Of a stretch of DNA of 64,000 nucleotides, positions 22,973-33,300 are shown piece after piece. Position 1 is the stretch's first letter. Each line of letters begins with the position of its first letter. The position numbers were made by a program, and so were the translations under genes. Location: positions 682,001 through 746,000 of the forward strand of contig CAKKNE010000001.1 of the NCBI GenBank assembly GCA_918797485.1, given 5' to 3'. The notes below the pieces were generated by a model, which was not told the DNA's origin, searched no databases, and saw nothing but the letters and a program-made list of their open reading frames with translations. The DNA is from Pelagomonas calceolata. Lineage: Eukaryota.

Positions 22973-23674
22973 CTAGAGGTCCCAGTCGACGGGCCCGCGG
23001 CTGATCTCCTCCAGGAAATCGTTGGCGGCCTTGAAGCACCCGGACCGCGCGAACGGCGCCGCGGTTTTGGTATAACCGAGCGGCGAGGGGTGCGAGGTCT
23101 TGATGACCTTGTGCTTGGCCTCGTTGATCAGGCCGGCGAGCTTGTGCGCTTTGTCCCCCCACAGCAGGAAGACGACGCCCTTGTCGCCCGCGTCGACGAG
23201 TTTAATGATGGCCTCCGTGAGCCGGCCCCAGCCGAGCTGCAGGTGCGACCCCGCCTTGCCGGCGCGCACCGTCAACGACACGTTCAGGAGCAGCACGCCC
23301 TGCTGCGCCCACGAAGAGAGGTCTCCATCGTCCTTCTCCGACGGCGCCGCGCCCGGGTAGTTGCGCTCGAGCTCGCTCATGATGTTCCGCGAGGTCGGAG
23401 GAAGTCGACCATCCGCGTCGGCCGCGTAGGAGAACGCGAGGCCGTCCGCTTGCCCGGGGCCGTGGTACGGGTCCTGGCCCACGATGACAATTTTCACGTC
23501 CTCGAGAGCCGTCTTATTCAGACAGGCGAACACATCCTCCTTCTTCTGCGGGCACACGGCGTCGGGACCGGCCTCGTACTCGCGAAGTACGGCGGCGCCG
23601 AGCCGATCGCGGTACACCTCCGAGAGCTTTCCCTCGAGCGCGTCGCGCCACGCCTGGGCGCGAATGAGGGCCAT
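22973..23674 (-). CDS. UNG: Family-1 uracil-DNA glycosylase domain (C-terminal module of the fusion)
   Basis: VIVGQDPYHG, GLAFS, WAQQGVLLLN, GSH..GW, VFLLWG, TSHPSPL all intact. Confidence 0.95.
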   Translation of the reverse strand: MALIRAQAWRDALEGKLSEVYRDRLGAAVLREYEAGPDAVCPQKKEDVFACLNKTALEDVKIVIVGQDPYHGPGQADGLAFSYAADADGRLPPTSRNIMSELERNYPGAAPSEKDDGDLSSWAQQGVLLLNVSLTVRAGKAGSHLQLGWGRLTEAIIKLVDAGDKGVVFLLWGDKAHKLAGLINEAKHKVIKTSHPSPLGYTKTAAPFARSGCFKAANDFLEEISRGPVDWDL

Positions 23675-25858
23675 GAGCTCGCCGCCCCTCTTGCGCGGCC
23701 TGTGTGAAGAGAGCTATTGCGGGAGACCTTCGTCGACCTCTAAGCCATCGAACAGACGCAGTACATCGCGTCGATGGCGTGCCGCGAAGCTTGTTTTCTA
23801 CGCCGCGCGCGACCGCTTCGAAGCGGGTCCGTCCGCGTCGTCCGCGTCGCCCGCGTCATCATACTCGTCGGCCAACGCCGCGCACGTCAGTCCCGGAAGC
23901 TTGTGACACGCGAACGTCCCTTCCTCAAAAGAGACGCCCGCCGGGAGCACCCGCCACGCGGCGCACTCCACGCAGCGCTCCTCCTGGACGCCGTTGTACT
24001 GCACGGCGATCAGGCTGTGCCGGTGACGCGGCCCTACCATTGGAGGCAGCGCCCAAGCCGGGATCGCGCCTTTGCTAGTGACGGCGCCGAGCGCCGAAAA
24101 GGACGCCGCGCAGAACCCACAGCACTCCTGGTGGAGCGAGACCGCCTCGAAGCCCGTCGCGCCGTCGCGCAACGCGACCGTGATGGCGGCTCTCTGCTCG
24201 GCGTGCCACCAAACACGCAAACTAGCCTCGGAGAACACGTGGTGCGCGACGCGTCTGTTCCGCCGCGAGCACGCGACGCGCGCCCAGGCCGCGGCGACTT
24301 CTTTACAATTATCGCCGAGGAAGTCGCGCACCTCCTCGTTCATGGGCACGCCGTCCTCGATAGCGTCCATCAAAGGCGCGACAGCTTCGGCCGTGAAGGC
24401 CTCTCTCTTGCAAGCGGCCGCGACGCACCTCAAAAAGATATGCGAGCCGACCGCGTCGGCCGCCTCGCGGTCTTTGGAGGACGCCACGACGACGGAGCGG
24501 TCCGTCAGGCCGGCGCCGAGGGGCCGAGCTATAGCAAACGTCCGCGTCGTGGCCTCGTGGTTCGCCTTCGGGAGTCCAACTGCATTCACGACATCGGCGC
24601 GTAGTTTGTTGATCTTCCGGGCGTGGTCCGCGCCCGCAAGAACCCTCGAAGCTTCTAAAGCTAAGTCACCCGACGGCGGGGCGCCATCATACAACACACC
24701 GCCAGACGTCGTGGCTTCGATCAGATCCGCGTCATCATCTAAAGGACGGAGCCGGAGCGCACCAGTCGTATCGACCCGGCGCTGGGGCGCGGGCGCCGCA
24801 GTCTGCGCGTCCAAAGCACAGCCCTTGCAGACGAGGTCAGGCAGACCCGGGACAAGGAAGCGTTCGCCCTTCAACGCGCTGTGGTCCGGGTCGCCGCAGA
24901 TGACACACCTCCACGCGTCGTGCCGGGCGGCATCGTCGCCGTTGACCGACGACACGCTCACCAAGCACTGCTCCTCGACATTCTTTGTCAACGCCTGCAC
25001 TATATGGCCAACTTTGAACTCAATTCTACCGAGCGCGCCCCTATAGTTGCGGCGCTGCTCGATGCGTTGGCCGACGGCGACGACTTCAGGCCGACCCACG
25101 CCCATTATCCGCTCGGCGACCGACCGACCGCTCGCTAATTTCGACGCCTCGGCGCACTCGTCGTCGTCGAGGACTTCGTCTCGGAACGCGGCCTCCGCGT
25201 CGGCCGCGTCGGCCTGGGCCTCCTCCTCCGCTTCGGCCTCGGCTTCGGTGGCGCGGAAGAAGTCTGCGCGGAGCTTCTCCACCTCGAGCGCCCGGGCCTC
25301 TATGGCCTTCGCTAAAGCAGCTTTCTTCGCCGGCGTCGGGCCGCCAAATCTTTCAACGCGCGCGGCGGACGGGGCGCCATATCTAGCCAAAGCTGAGCGG
25401 CAGGACTGGCAGCCGATGATCATCTCACCATTCCATTCAAAATTGCTGATCCTAATCCCTGGGTCCGCGTCCATCCCGCATCCACATTTGATGCAGTAGG
25501 TTGCGTCCGGAGGATCGAGGGGGTCCAGTCCTGCATTCCAGCGGTTGTGGCACGACCGGCACGCCGTATCTTTGCCATCAGGACCCAGGAAAAAAACGTC
25601 CGTAGGCGACGCGCAGCATAAACACCGGTCAGTTTTGCGCTCGTTCAACGGCGGCAAATCATCGTTTCGTCTCCTTTTGCAAGTATGGCAGACGCGGCCG
25701 CCCGCGACAAGAGCTGCGATCTTTGAGCCGTGAAATAGTTTGTCGCAGTCGAGGCACGTCCAGGCACCGACGACAGGTGTAGATTGCCAGCGGCCCGTCC
25801 CGCGCCGCGTCTCCGGCGTCTGAGTGCCCCCTACCAATCGGCCGAGTGCTGCAAGCAT
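22973..25858 (-). CDS. Fusion protein: CxxC zinc fingers + putative Zn-dependent deaminase + zf-CW + uracil-DNA glycosylase (~923 aa)
   Basis: Exons 25858-23814 and 23699-22973; GT-AG intron 23813-23700 carries the introner core motif and removes the in-frame TAG. HAE 24205-24197, CCGFC 24124-24110, CVECAAWRVLP..FAC..C (zf-CW), junction peptide KRPRKR. Confidence 0.75.
23700..23813 (-). mobile_element. Introner-type intron joining the deaminase/zf-CW exon to the UNG exon
   Basis: Starts GTCGCGCG CGGCGT, contains ACGCCATCGACGCG, ends TTCACACAG; first 8 nt match the next exon start GCCGCGCA at 6/8. Confidence 0.8.
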
Positions 25859-26324
25859 CTTCGCCGATGCCCTTAGGCCGCTCACGCCGTGGCGCGTTCC
25901 TATATGGCCTCAGTGGTCGAAGCGACAATGAGCCTCGCCCGAGGCTGAGGGCGACGTGTATTTTTTCTGAGCCGTTTGCAGTGGTCGTGACGCTCGCCAT
26001 GGTTACGATGATGTTAATGGTGAATGTGAGTTGTGATGATACGGCTTGTAGACGCCTAGGAGCGCCCGAATTAGCGTGAGAGCATGTTCGGAGTGCAGCA
26101 AAAACCCGTTTTGACGCTGCCGTGCTCGCTCGGGCATAGGGTTCTACACGAAATTTACTGTTAGCTACGCGACTTTTACTTGCCCGCTCGTCCACGGTCG
26201 AACTTCGTCGGGCGTTACTCCGAGTCGGCAGCGGCCCCGAGACAACAACTTGGGGGAGGGGTCGATCTTCGGTCTTCTTAGGTCTTGGTCGCGCGCGCGC
26301 GCGACGACGACGACGACGCCGGGA

Positions 26325-26879
26325 TCAGTCGTCGTCCATGGGGTCCGTGCGCTTCGAGGCCGTGCCGCCGCGCCCGCGGACGAACGGCGTCGCGCCGCCG
26401 GCGCCGGAATCGTCGGCGGGCAGCGTCTTCTTGAGGCGGTCGTAGTACTCGCCGAGCTCGCCGACGAAGCGGTCGAAACTCGGGTCGACGAGGAGCTCGG
26501 CGACGTAGCGCTGGACCTCGGGCCGGTTGAGATCCAGGGACTCGAGCGACGCGGCCGGCGTCGGGTCGCCGGTCGCCGCCGCGAAGGCCTCCGCCTCCGC
26601 GGCGGTCGCGAACTGGAGCGCCGCCGCGCCGTCTCCTACACTTACGTCGCGGCCGTCGACGGAGATGCCGCCGCCGAGCGCGAGCGCGACGCGGGCGGAG
26701 GCGTCCGTCTCGCCCGGCACCGTGACGCGCGCCGGCCGCGTGAGGACGAGCTTGAGGAGGCCCTCGGTCTCGCGGACGAGGACGGCGCCGTAGAGGCGGG
26801 CGGCGCCCTTCGTTATCTCCGCGCCGCCCTCGCGCTTCAGGGCGACGTCCGTCCAGCGCTGGAGGGGTACTTGGGGCAT
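26325..26879 (-). CDS. Hypothetical protein
   Basis: ORF from MPQVPLQRW with coding-like codon usage; no recognised domain. Confidence 0.55.
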   Translation of the reverse strand: MPQVPLQRWTDVALKREGGAEITKGAARLYGAVLVRETEGLLKLVLTRPARVTVPGETDASARVALALGGGISVDGRDVSVGDGAAALQFATAAEAEAFAAATGDPTPAASLESLDLNRPEVQRYVAELLVDPSFDRFVGELGEYYDRLKKTLPADDSGAGGATPFVRGRGGTASKRTDPMDDD

Positions 26880-27680
26880 GGCTACGGAACTCCGGCGCGG
26901 CGTCCGGTCGTAAATGTGTTGGCGTCCGGTCGCCTGGCTCCGCGTCGTCGCGCGCGGTGAGCAGATTTTCAAAAGCCAAGCTACTCGACGAGTTGAAAGG
27001 GTGCTAGCCGCAAAAGTTAGCCTCTCGGCGCTCGCGGCCCGGACGGGGCCCAAAATCGCGGTGACGCACGAGATTCGTACTACGTGGACGTGGTCAAGTG
27101 CGCGCCGCTGTCGACGACCCGCAGATTGCGCTGTGGAAAAGAGCGCGCCCCGAGGGCCTGGGGCCGTTTGAAATTTTTTTGCCGTGGGGCACCGTGTCCG
27201 ACGAGCTGGACCAAACGACGCGACCGCGAGAGACGCGAGGAAAGTTGTGGCCCTCGCGTGCAGCGGAAGGGGGCGTCGAGAGAGCACGCGCGGTCCGCGC
27301 CCCCAGGGGGTCTGACTCTACAACGCGGAGCTCATCTTCCACCGAGCCCGTCGCGACCACTGCGTTGACAGTACGGGGCACCAGAGCTATCCAGCGACGA
27401 GCCGATTCGCCCGACGGGCCCGACATCGCTACGCTGTTCCGCGCGCTGCTGCACGTCGGCCCTTCCTCGATATCAACCCGCGAGGATCGCCGTCGACGCC
27501 TTCATCGACGCCCTGAAGAGCCCCGAGCTGACGGCGATCCTCGCGGACACCGGCCTCAAGCGCCCGGACGGTTTCCCGCCGCCGTAGGCCGTACGAAGGC
27601 CGCCCCCCTTGCACACATAGCTAGCAGACCCTCCGACGCCTAAGTCTGTGACTCCCCAAAAACCTTACGCCGCACCCCAC

Positions 27681-28589
27681 CTAGGCCTGGATGTAGACCA
27701 CGGGCCGCTCGAAGATCTTGATCGAGTTCTCGACGTCGTCCAAGGCTTTATGCAAAGCCTCTTGATGTTTGCGAGCGCGCATGCTATTGACGTTCAGCGG
27801 TAATTTGAACAATTCCGCCTTGATCTCGGCCTTGCGTCTCTTCAAATCGTTCAACGACTGCAGCCGCTCCTCATCCGGCATGCGCGTCATGCCCTCGGGG
27901 CACTGCGGGTCCGGCAACAGGGCCTTCTTCGCCTCGGCCTCAGCTCGCAACTGCCGTTTCCGCTGATCTAAGTACGCGGGAACACTCCCAAAATTCTCGT
28001 GCTTTCTAGGTGATGCTTTGGCCACTTTCGTCACGCGAGCCTTCGGCTTCGGGGGTATCGGTTTTTGGGCGTCGACCCTATTCTGCTCGATGCGATCGAC
28101 CGGCTTATGGTGCTTGATCTCGCCTCTAGTTTTAGGTAAGGGCGCCTTCCGCGGCGTCCGCTCCTCGGGAGCTCTGGGCGACATGTTCAGAAATTGCAGC
28201 TTCGGCACCTGTTCTACGCGCTGCTTGTGCACGTCCGCCGGCTTCGGCATGCGCCGACCCGCACCTCGTTTCAAATAAGTAGCATCTTCTCGCGGCGAGA
28301 GCGTGGGGTTCTCCCACTTTTCAGCTTGTTGCACTGCCCTTGAAGCAACATTTCTAAATTGTTTCATCTTGTAGGGCTTTTTCACGGCGTTCGCGGCCTC
28401 CTCCTTCCGCTGGCGATTCTCCCTTTCCGCTCGTCTGATCGCCAGGACATTTTCCCTAGCATGGTCGCGGGCCGGCCGGCCCTTCCTCCGCAACGCCGCT
28501 TGGCGCTCGTTCTCGGTCCCGGGGTGTAAGAGCGCGCCTATACTATCGGCGTTGGCGCGGCTGCGGAATCTCGCGGCGCACTCGGCCAT
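27681..28589 (-). CDS. Enkurin domain-containing protein (ENKD1-like)
   Basis: FGSVPAYL..RK, CPEGMTRMPDEERLQSL, DDVENSIKIFERPVVYI C-terminal enkurin domain. Confidence 0.8.
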   Translation of the reverse strand: MAECAARFRSRANADSIGALLHPGTENERQAALRRKGRPARDHARENVLAIRRAERENRQRKEEAANAVKKPYKMKQFRNVASRAVQQAEKWENPTLSPREDATYLKRGAGRRMPKPADVHKQRVEQVPKLQFLNMSPRAPEERTPRKAPLPKTRGEIKHHKPVDRIEQNRVDAQKPIPPKPKARVTKVAKASPRKHENFGSVPAYLDQRKRQLRAEAEAKKALLPDPQCPEGMTRMPDEERLQSLNDLKRRKAEIKAELFKLPLNVNSMRARKHQEALHKALDDVENSIKIFERPVVYIQA

Positions 28590-28912
28590 CTTTGGTTGTT
28601 GAGCGGTCGCGGCGGCGTTCGGCGCACGCAAATTTGCTGGTGTGCTGCTGGGGCTGTCTGTAGCTCCGCAGCTACGTAACGCTGGCCGATGCGCTTGCAG
28701 CTACAAAGTCTTGGCAGCACGGCTGGGGCCTACGTCGCTTGACGAGTCCTGTGTAGGCTCGAGAGACGCGCTATCGGCCGTACAAAGTCGCAGCGGTTGT
28801 AAACCTGTTTTAACTCTGAGCTAAAATTTGCAAGGCTCGAGCCGCCGTCAGAACCCTCATGGCATCCTTCTCGGAGCCCTCTCAGTACCGACCCGCAGAG
28901 GAGTACCACGGT

Positions 28913-28936
28913 TCTAGTGTCTTACACGCCGCTAGC
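28913..28936 (-). repeat. 24-bp intergenic dyad element
   Basis: Reverse complement reads GCTAGCGGCGTGTAAGACACTAGA. Confidence 0.9.
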
Positions 28937-29169
28937 TTCGGGTGAGAGCCGGCGCTTTTTTTGCGACCGCTGGCGGCGCCTACGCGTCTTTGCGACAGCG
29001 TTTCTCCATTTCACGGTTCCCACCTAGCACTTGCGCCGAAAGCCGCGCGCGACAAGAGCCCTCAGCCGGTGCACACAAGCAGAGAGCTGCAGAGGCAAAA
29101 AGCTCCCGCAGCGCTCGCGACCGCCGTCGACGCCGTCGACGCACAAGCAGAAGCTAGACAAAAGCAACC

Positions 29170-29946
29170 ATGGGTCGCGGCCGAGGCAGGGGCCGGGGCC
29201 GCGGCAAGCGCATGGTCACGAGCGCTGAGGACCTCGCGCTACGAAATGAACAGCAGGCCGCCTACCAGCAGAAGCGCGCCGCGCGGCGCGGCGAGGACGG
29301 CGAGGACGGCAGCGAGAGCGACGAGGAGGACCTGCCCGAGTTTGACGCGGAGGCCGCCGAGGCGATGCGCGCCGCGCGCGACACTTCAGAGAAGGCCCCG
29401 AAGAAGAAGAGCACTACCGAAGGCCTCATCAAGACCGCGAACCCGAACGCGCCGCAGAAGCAACACCTCAAAATGTCCCAGCTCGATGGATCGGCTCCGA
29501 AGCCGGAGCTGACAAGAAGAGAGCGCGAGGAACTCGATCGACAGAGGCGAGCGGCAGCATATGCCAAGAAGCATGCTGCCGGCCAGACCGACGAAGCGAA
29601 GGCTGATCTCGAGCGACTGCGAGCCGCGAAAGCTAGGAGAGAGGCCGCCGAGGCCGCTCGGTCAAAAGAAACGGAAGAAGAAGCAAGGCAGAAAGCCCTC
29701 GCGAAGGCCCAGATGGAGATGATGCAGGGCGCGCAGACGCTCGACAAGGTCGGCACGGAGCTCGCGAAAGAATTAGGAAAAGGTTCTTTTTTCGAAGTGG
29801 CCGACGAAGCCCCTCCAAAACTCGACAAGCGCAAGGTCAAGAAGATGAAGCCTGCCCAGCTCAAGGAGGAGCTGAAGTTGAGAGGGTTGTCCATCCAGGG
29901 CAACGCGAAGGAATTGGTGGCGCGGCTGACGGAGGCGGCTTGTTAG
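29170..29946 (+). CDS. PDAP1/PP28-like phosphoprotein with C-terminal SAP domain
   Basis: EGLIKTANPN, ELTRREREEL, G.TDEAKADLERL..R..RE.A; KMKPAQLKEELKLRGLSIQGNAKELVARL (SAP). Confidence 0.8.
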   Translation: MGRGRGRGRGRGKRMVTSAEDLALRNEQQAAYQQKRAARRGEDGEDGSESDEEDLPEFDAEAAEAMRAARDTSEKAPKKKSTTEGLIKTANPNAPQKQHLKMSQLDGSAPKPELTRREREELDRQRRAAAYAKKHAAGQTDEAKADLERLRAAKARREAAEAARSKETEEEARQKALAKAQMEMMQGAQTLDKVGTELAKELGKGSFFEVADEAPPKLDKRKVKKMKPAQLKEELKLRGLSIQGNAKELVARLTEAAC

Positions 29947-30049
29947 CTGCTGCGCCGATGGCGTCACGCGAGGGTTAATATATTAGTTGAGATGCGCCAG
30001 ACGTGGGCCTGAGGCCCAACGCGTCCGCCAAACTCGCACGGCATTCGAT

Positions 30050-30072
30050 ACTAGCGTCGTATGGACACTAGC
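30050..30072 (+). repeat. Intergenic dyad element (variant)
   Basis: ACTAGCGTCGTATGGACACTAGC. Confidence 0.75.
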
Positions 30073-30353
30073 AGGATCATCCGCGCAGCTTTGGTCTGCG
30101 TCCGCGCTTCACACCGCTGCTCGCCCGTTTCCAGCGAGAAACCCGCAGCGCTGCGCTTACCACTGGTTCTCAGCGAAGCGCGCGAAACCAGGCCGCCGCG
30201 CGCCGTCGCTGCGCCGAGAGCAGGGGAGACGCTTTTTGAAAGCAAAGCAGAGCCGCGCGCCCGCGGCGTCGTGAGCCTCACCGCTCGCGCCGCACGCGAC
30301 CCACCAGACAGATAGAAATCAAAACCGCGAAACCGGAGCCCCACTGAGCAACC

Positions 30354-33300
30354 ATGTCCCAGATCGAGAAGCTCGCCATACGAGGCATCCGCGCCTTCTC
30401 GCCGGACAGAGAACAGGCCATCGAGTTCGAGTCGCCGTTGACGATGATCGTCGGCGCGAACGGCTGCGGCAAGACGACCGTGATAGAATGCCTCAAGTTC
30501 GGCACGACGGGCCAGGCCCCACCTGGTTCAGCGAGTGGTAAGGCCTTCGTGCACGACCCGAAGGTGACGGGTGTTTCTGAAGTGAAAGCTCAACTCAAAC
30601 TAAGGTTCAAGAACTATGGAGGGCAACGCATGGTCGTCGTCCGGTCCATGCAGTTGACACAAAAAAAAACAACAGCCACCTTCAAGCAGCTCGACGGCGT
30701 GATTCGCGCGACGAAACCCGACGGTTCCAAGACGTCCTACACGCACAAGTGCGGCGAGCTCGACAAGACGGTGCCCATCATGATCGGCGCGATCTCCGCG
30801 TTTTGACGTGTTGCGGGGCCTTCACTTTGTTGCTGGGACTCGTATCATGTCGTGGGTGGTTTCATTTTTTGATTTTGGGGCCGTTTCGCGCGCAGGCGTC
30901 TCGCGAGCGGTGCTGGAAAGTGTCATCTTCTGCCACCAGGAGGATTCGAGCTGGCCGCTGCAGGAGGGCGCGGTGCTCAAGAAGAGGTTTGACGACATTT
31001 TCGATTCGGCGCGCTACACGAAGGCTCTGGACGTGCTGAATAAACAAAAAAAAGGTCTGGCCTCGAAGGCGAAGGACATTTCGGGCGATCTGAAGGGTCT
31101 GCACGCCGACAAGGTGGCCGCCCAGGACCACCTCAAGCGCAAGGCGTCCGCCGAGAAAGCTATACAAAGTGCGGATGCGTCGATAAAGGCTTGTGACGAT
31201 AAACAAGGATCATTGCGAGATGAGAAAAGTCGTATTAATGATAAATTGAGAAAGCTGCAAGCGCAGGAGCAGGGCCTCCAGGAGTGCCGGGCGGAGGTCG
31301 ACGGGCTCGAGCGGTCGCTGAAGTACCTCGAAGAGAGACTAGCTGATAGCGCGCTGATGGACGAGGACGACGACGTCCTCGCGGCGACGGTACTGATTGC
31401 GGCGTCCTTGATGTGACTCGTATCTCACACACGATGACGTGACGTCGCACGCAGGCGGCGCGCTTGCAGGAAGAAGAAGATTCCCAGTTCGACATCATTC
31501 GTAAGTTGGAGCGGGAGGAGGGGAAGCATCGGGAGCTGGCCGAGCAGGCGCGGAAGGAGGCTTCCAGGGTTGACGGCGAAAAAGGGTCCGCCGAGGCGGA
31601 AAAACGGCGCGGCGAGGCGGAAGTGTCGGACCTGCGCGACGCGCTGGCCGACGCCAAGGGCGACCTCGACGACACCTCCGATGCGTATGCTAGACTATCG
31701 CAAGCTCTGAGTAGTTCAGAACCGCTGGATCGCGACGTGGCCGCGCTAGTCCAGAAAACACTAGAAACAAAAGGTGAAGAACTTGCGAAGGAGGAGGCGG
31801 AGACCGAAAAACAGGCCGACGAGGCGTTGAGGAGGGAGGAAAGTGTCGTCGCGGAGAAGCGCAACGCCGTCGAGGGCGCCGCGGACGAAGTGGCCGCGCT
31901 TGCGCCGAAGGTACTGATCTCGGCGTCCCGCGGTGCTGCGGCGCCTTCACGCCATCGATGCGACTCGCCTCCATCAGACGAGGCCTTGGGTGGTCTCGTT
32001 TGTGATTTTGAGCGCATTTCGGGCGAGATCGTGACTCGATACATATCACACAGGTGGCCGACGCCGAGCGCGCGCAACGCGAGGCCGACGACCAGTTAAG
32101 GAAGCTGCGGAACGCCACCGACGCCTCATTAACCCAAGCGAAGAAGAAGGTCGAGGACCAGGAGAAGAGGTTAAGTGACTTCCGTTCAGAGAGAGGTGCC
32201 AAGACGCATGATACGGTCATCAAGAAGTGCGTGGAAGATGAACGGCGCCTGGCTGATGAAATCGAGGAGACGAACCGGAGTCTGGGCCTGCTCGAGGGCA
32301 ACGAGGACGACGAGCGCGAGCTCGGCGTGCTCGAGCACGCGGCGACGCAGGCATGCTCGCGGCGTCTCTTCATGAATCGTCTCCGGGAATGATGGACGTG
32401 GGTGGTCTCGTTTTCGATTTTCGAGCGACCGCGATGTTCCGCGCAGGCCCTCGATCGCTTCTCGGAGGCCTACTCGCGGGACGCCGCGGACCTGCGAGAA
32501 GCCGCCGAGGACTACGAGCAGGATGGCGGGAGCGGCGCCGTCGTGCCGGAACCTCCACCCGTAGAGGATGGCCCGGAGTTCGCCGATCGCCTCAAAAGTC
32601 TCATTTCTTCGGCTAAATCGCGGTTGGACGACGCGTCGAAGACCGCTTCCCAGAGGAACGCGTCGACGACGGCCGACGAGCGCTCGGCGCAGCAGGCGGA
32701 AGCGTCCGCCCGCGCTTCACAGAGAGAAGCGTCGCGCGCGGTCGATGCCTTACCGTCCGACACGCGTGCCAAGCTAGCCGCCATCAAGAAAAAATGTGCA
32801 GCTCTGCGAGATGCGGAGAAGGACGCCGCGCAACACCTCGATGAGGATGCGGAGACCGAGGACGACGTCAAAGCTGTCGACGAGCTCTACAAGGCTGCCG
32901 AGGATTTAAATGTCTTCGAGTGGGCGCGCATCGACAAAGGGGACGACGACCTGGCCTTGGAGACGCTCGTCGCGACGCCCCTGGCGCAGAGCAAGCCGGA
33001 CGCCTTCCAAGCGACGGCGACCTTCGTCCGAGGCATCGCTAGTGTCGTGGCGCGTCGGAAGGAGTCCGCGACGCTGCTGCCGGGAGCCATGGAGTATCTC
33101 CTCGACAAAGTGCGCACGAAGCCGAACAAACACACGGGCTGCAAGATGTGTCCCGTGCGGTGTGGAAATCAACCAGTGCGTCGGGTGCCGGCATCGCCAC
33201 GCCATGAACGCGCCGTAAAATGTTGATGTCCACGCAGGTCCCGTCTGCAAGCGCGACTTCGAAGATAATGAAGAGGCCCAGAAGACGATCGACCGCCTCG

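Noticed and set aside
22973..23674. UNG as a stand-alone gene
   Set aside because: The 124-bp gap upstream is mostly an introner-type intron that joins it in frame to the previous ORF; a separate short isoform cannot be excluded.
25659..26195. Upstream ORF (MASVTTT...) as an N-terminal extension of the fusion gene
   Set aside because: Different frame, an in-frame stop at 25912-25910 in the fusion frame, and no convincing intron found.
27400..27590. Short coding-like fragment on the plus strand
   Set aside because: No start codon or consistent frame and no recognisable homology.
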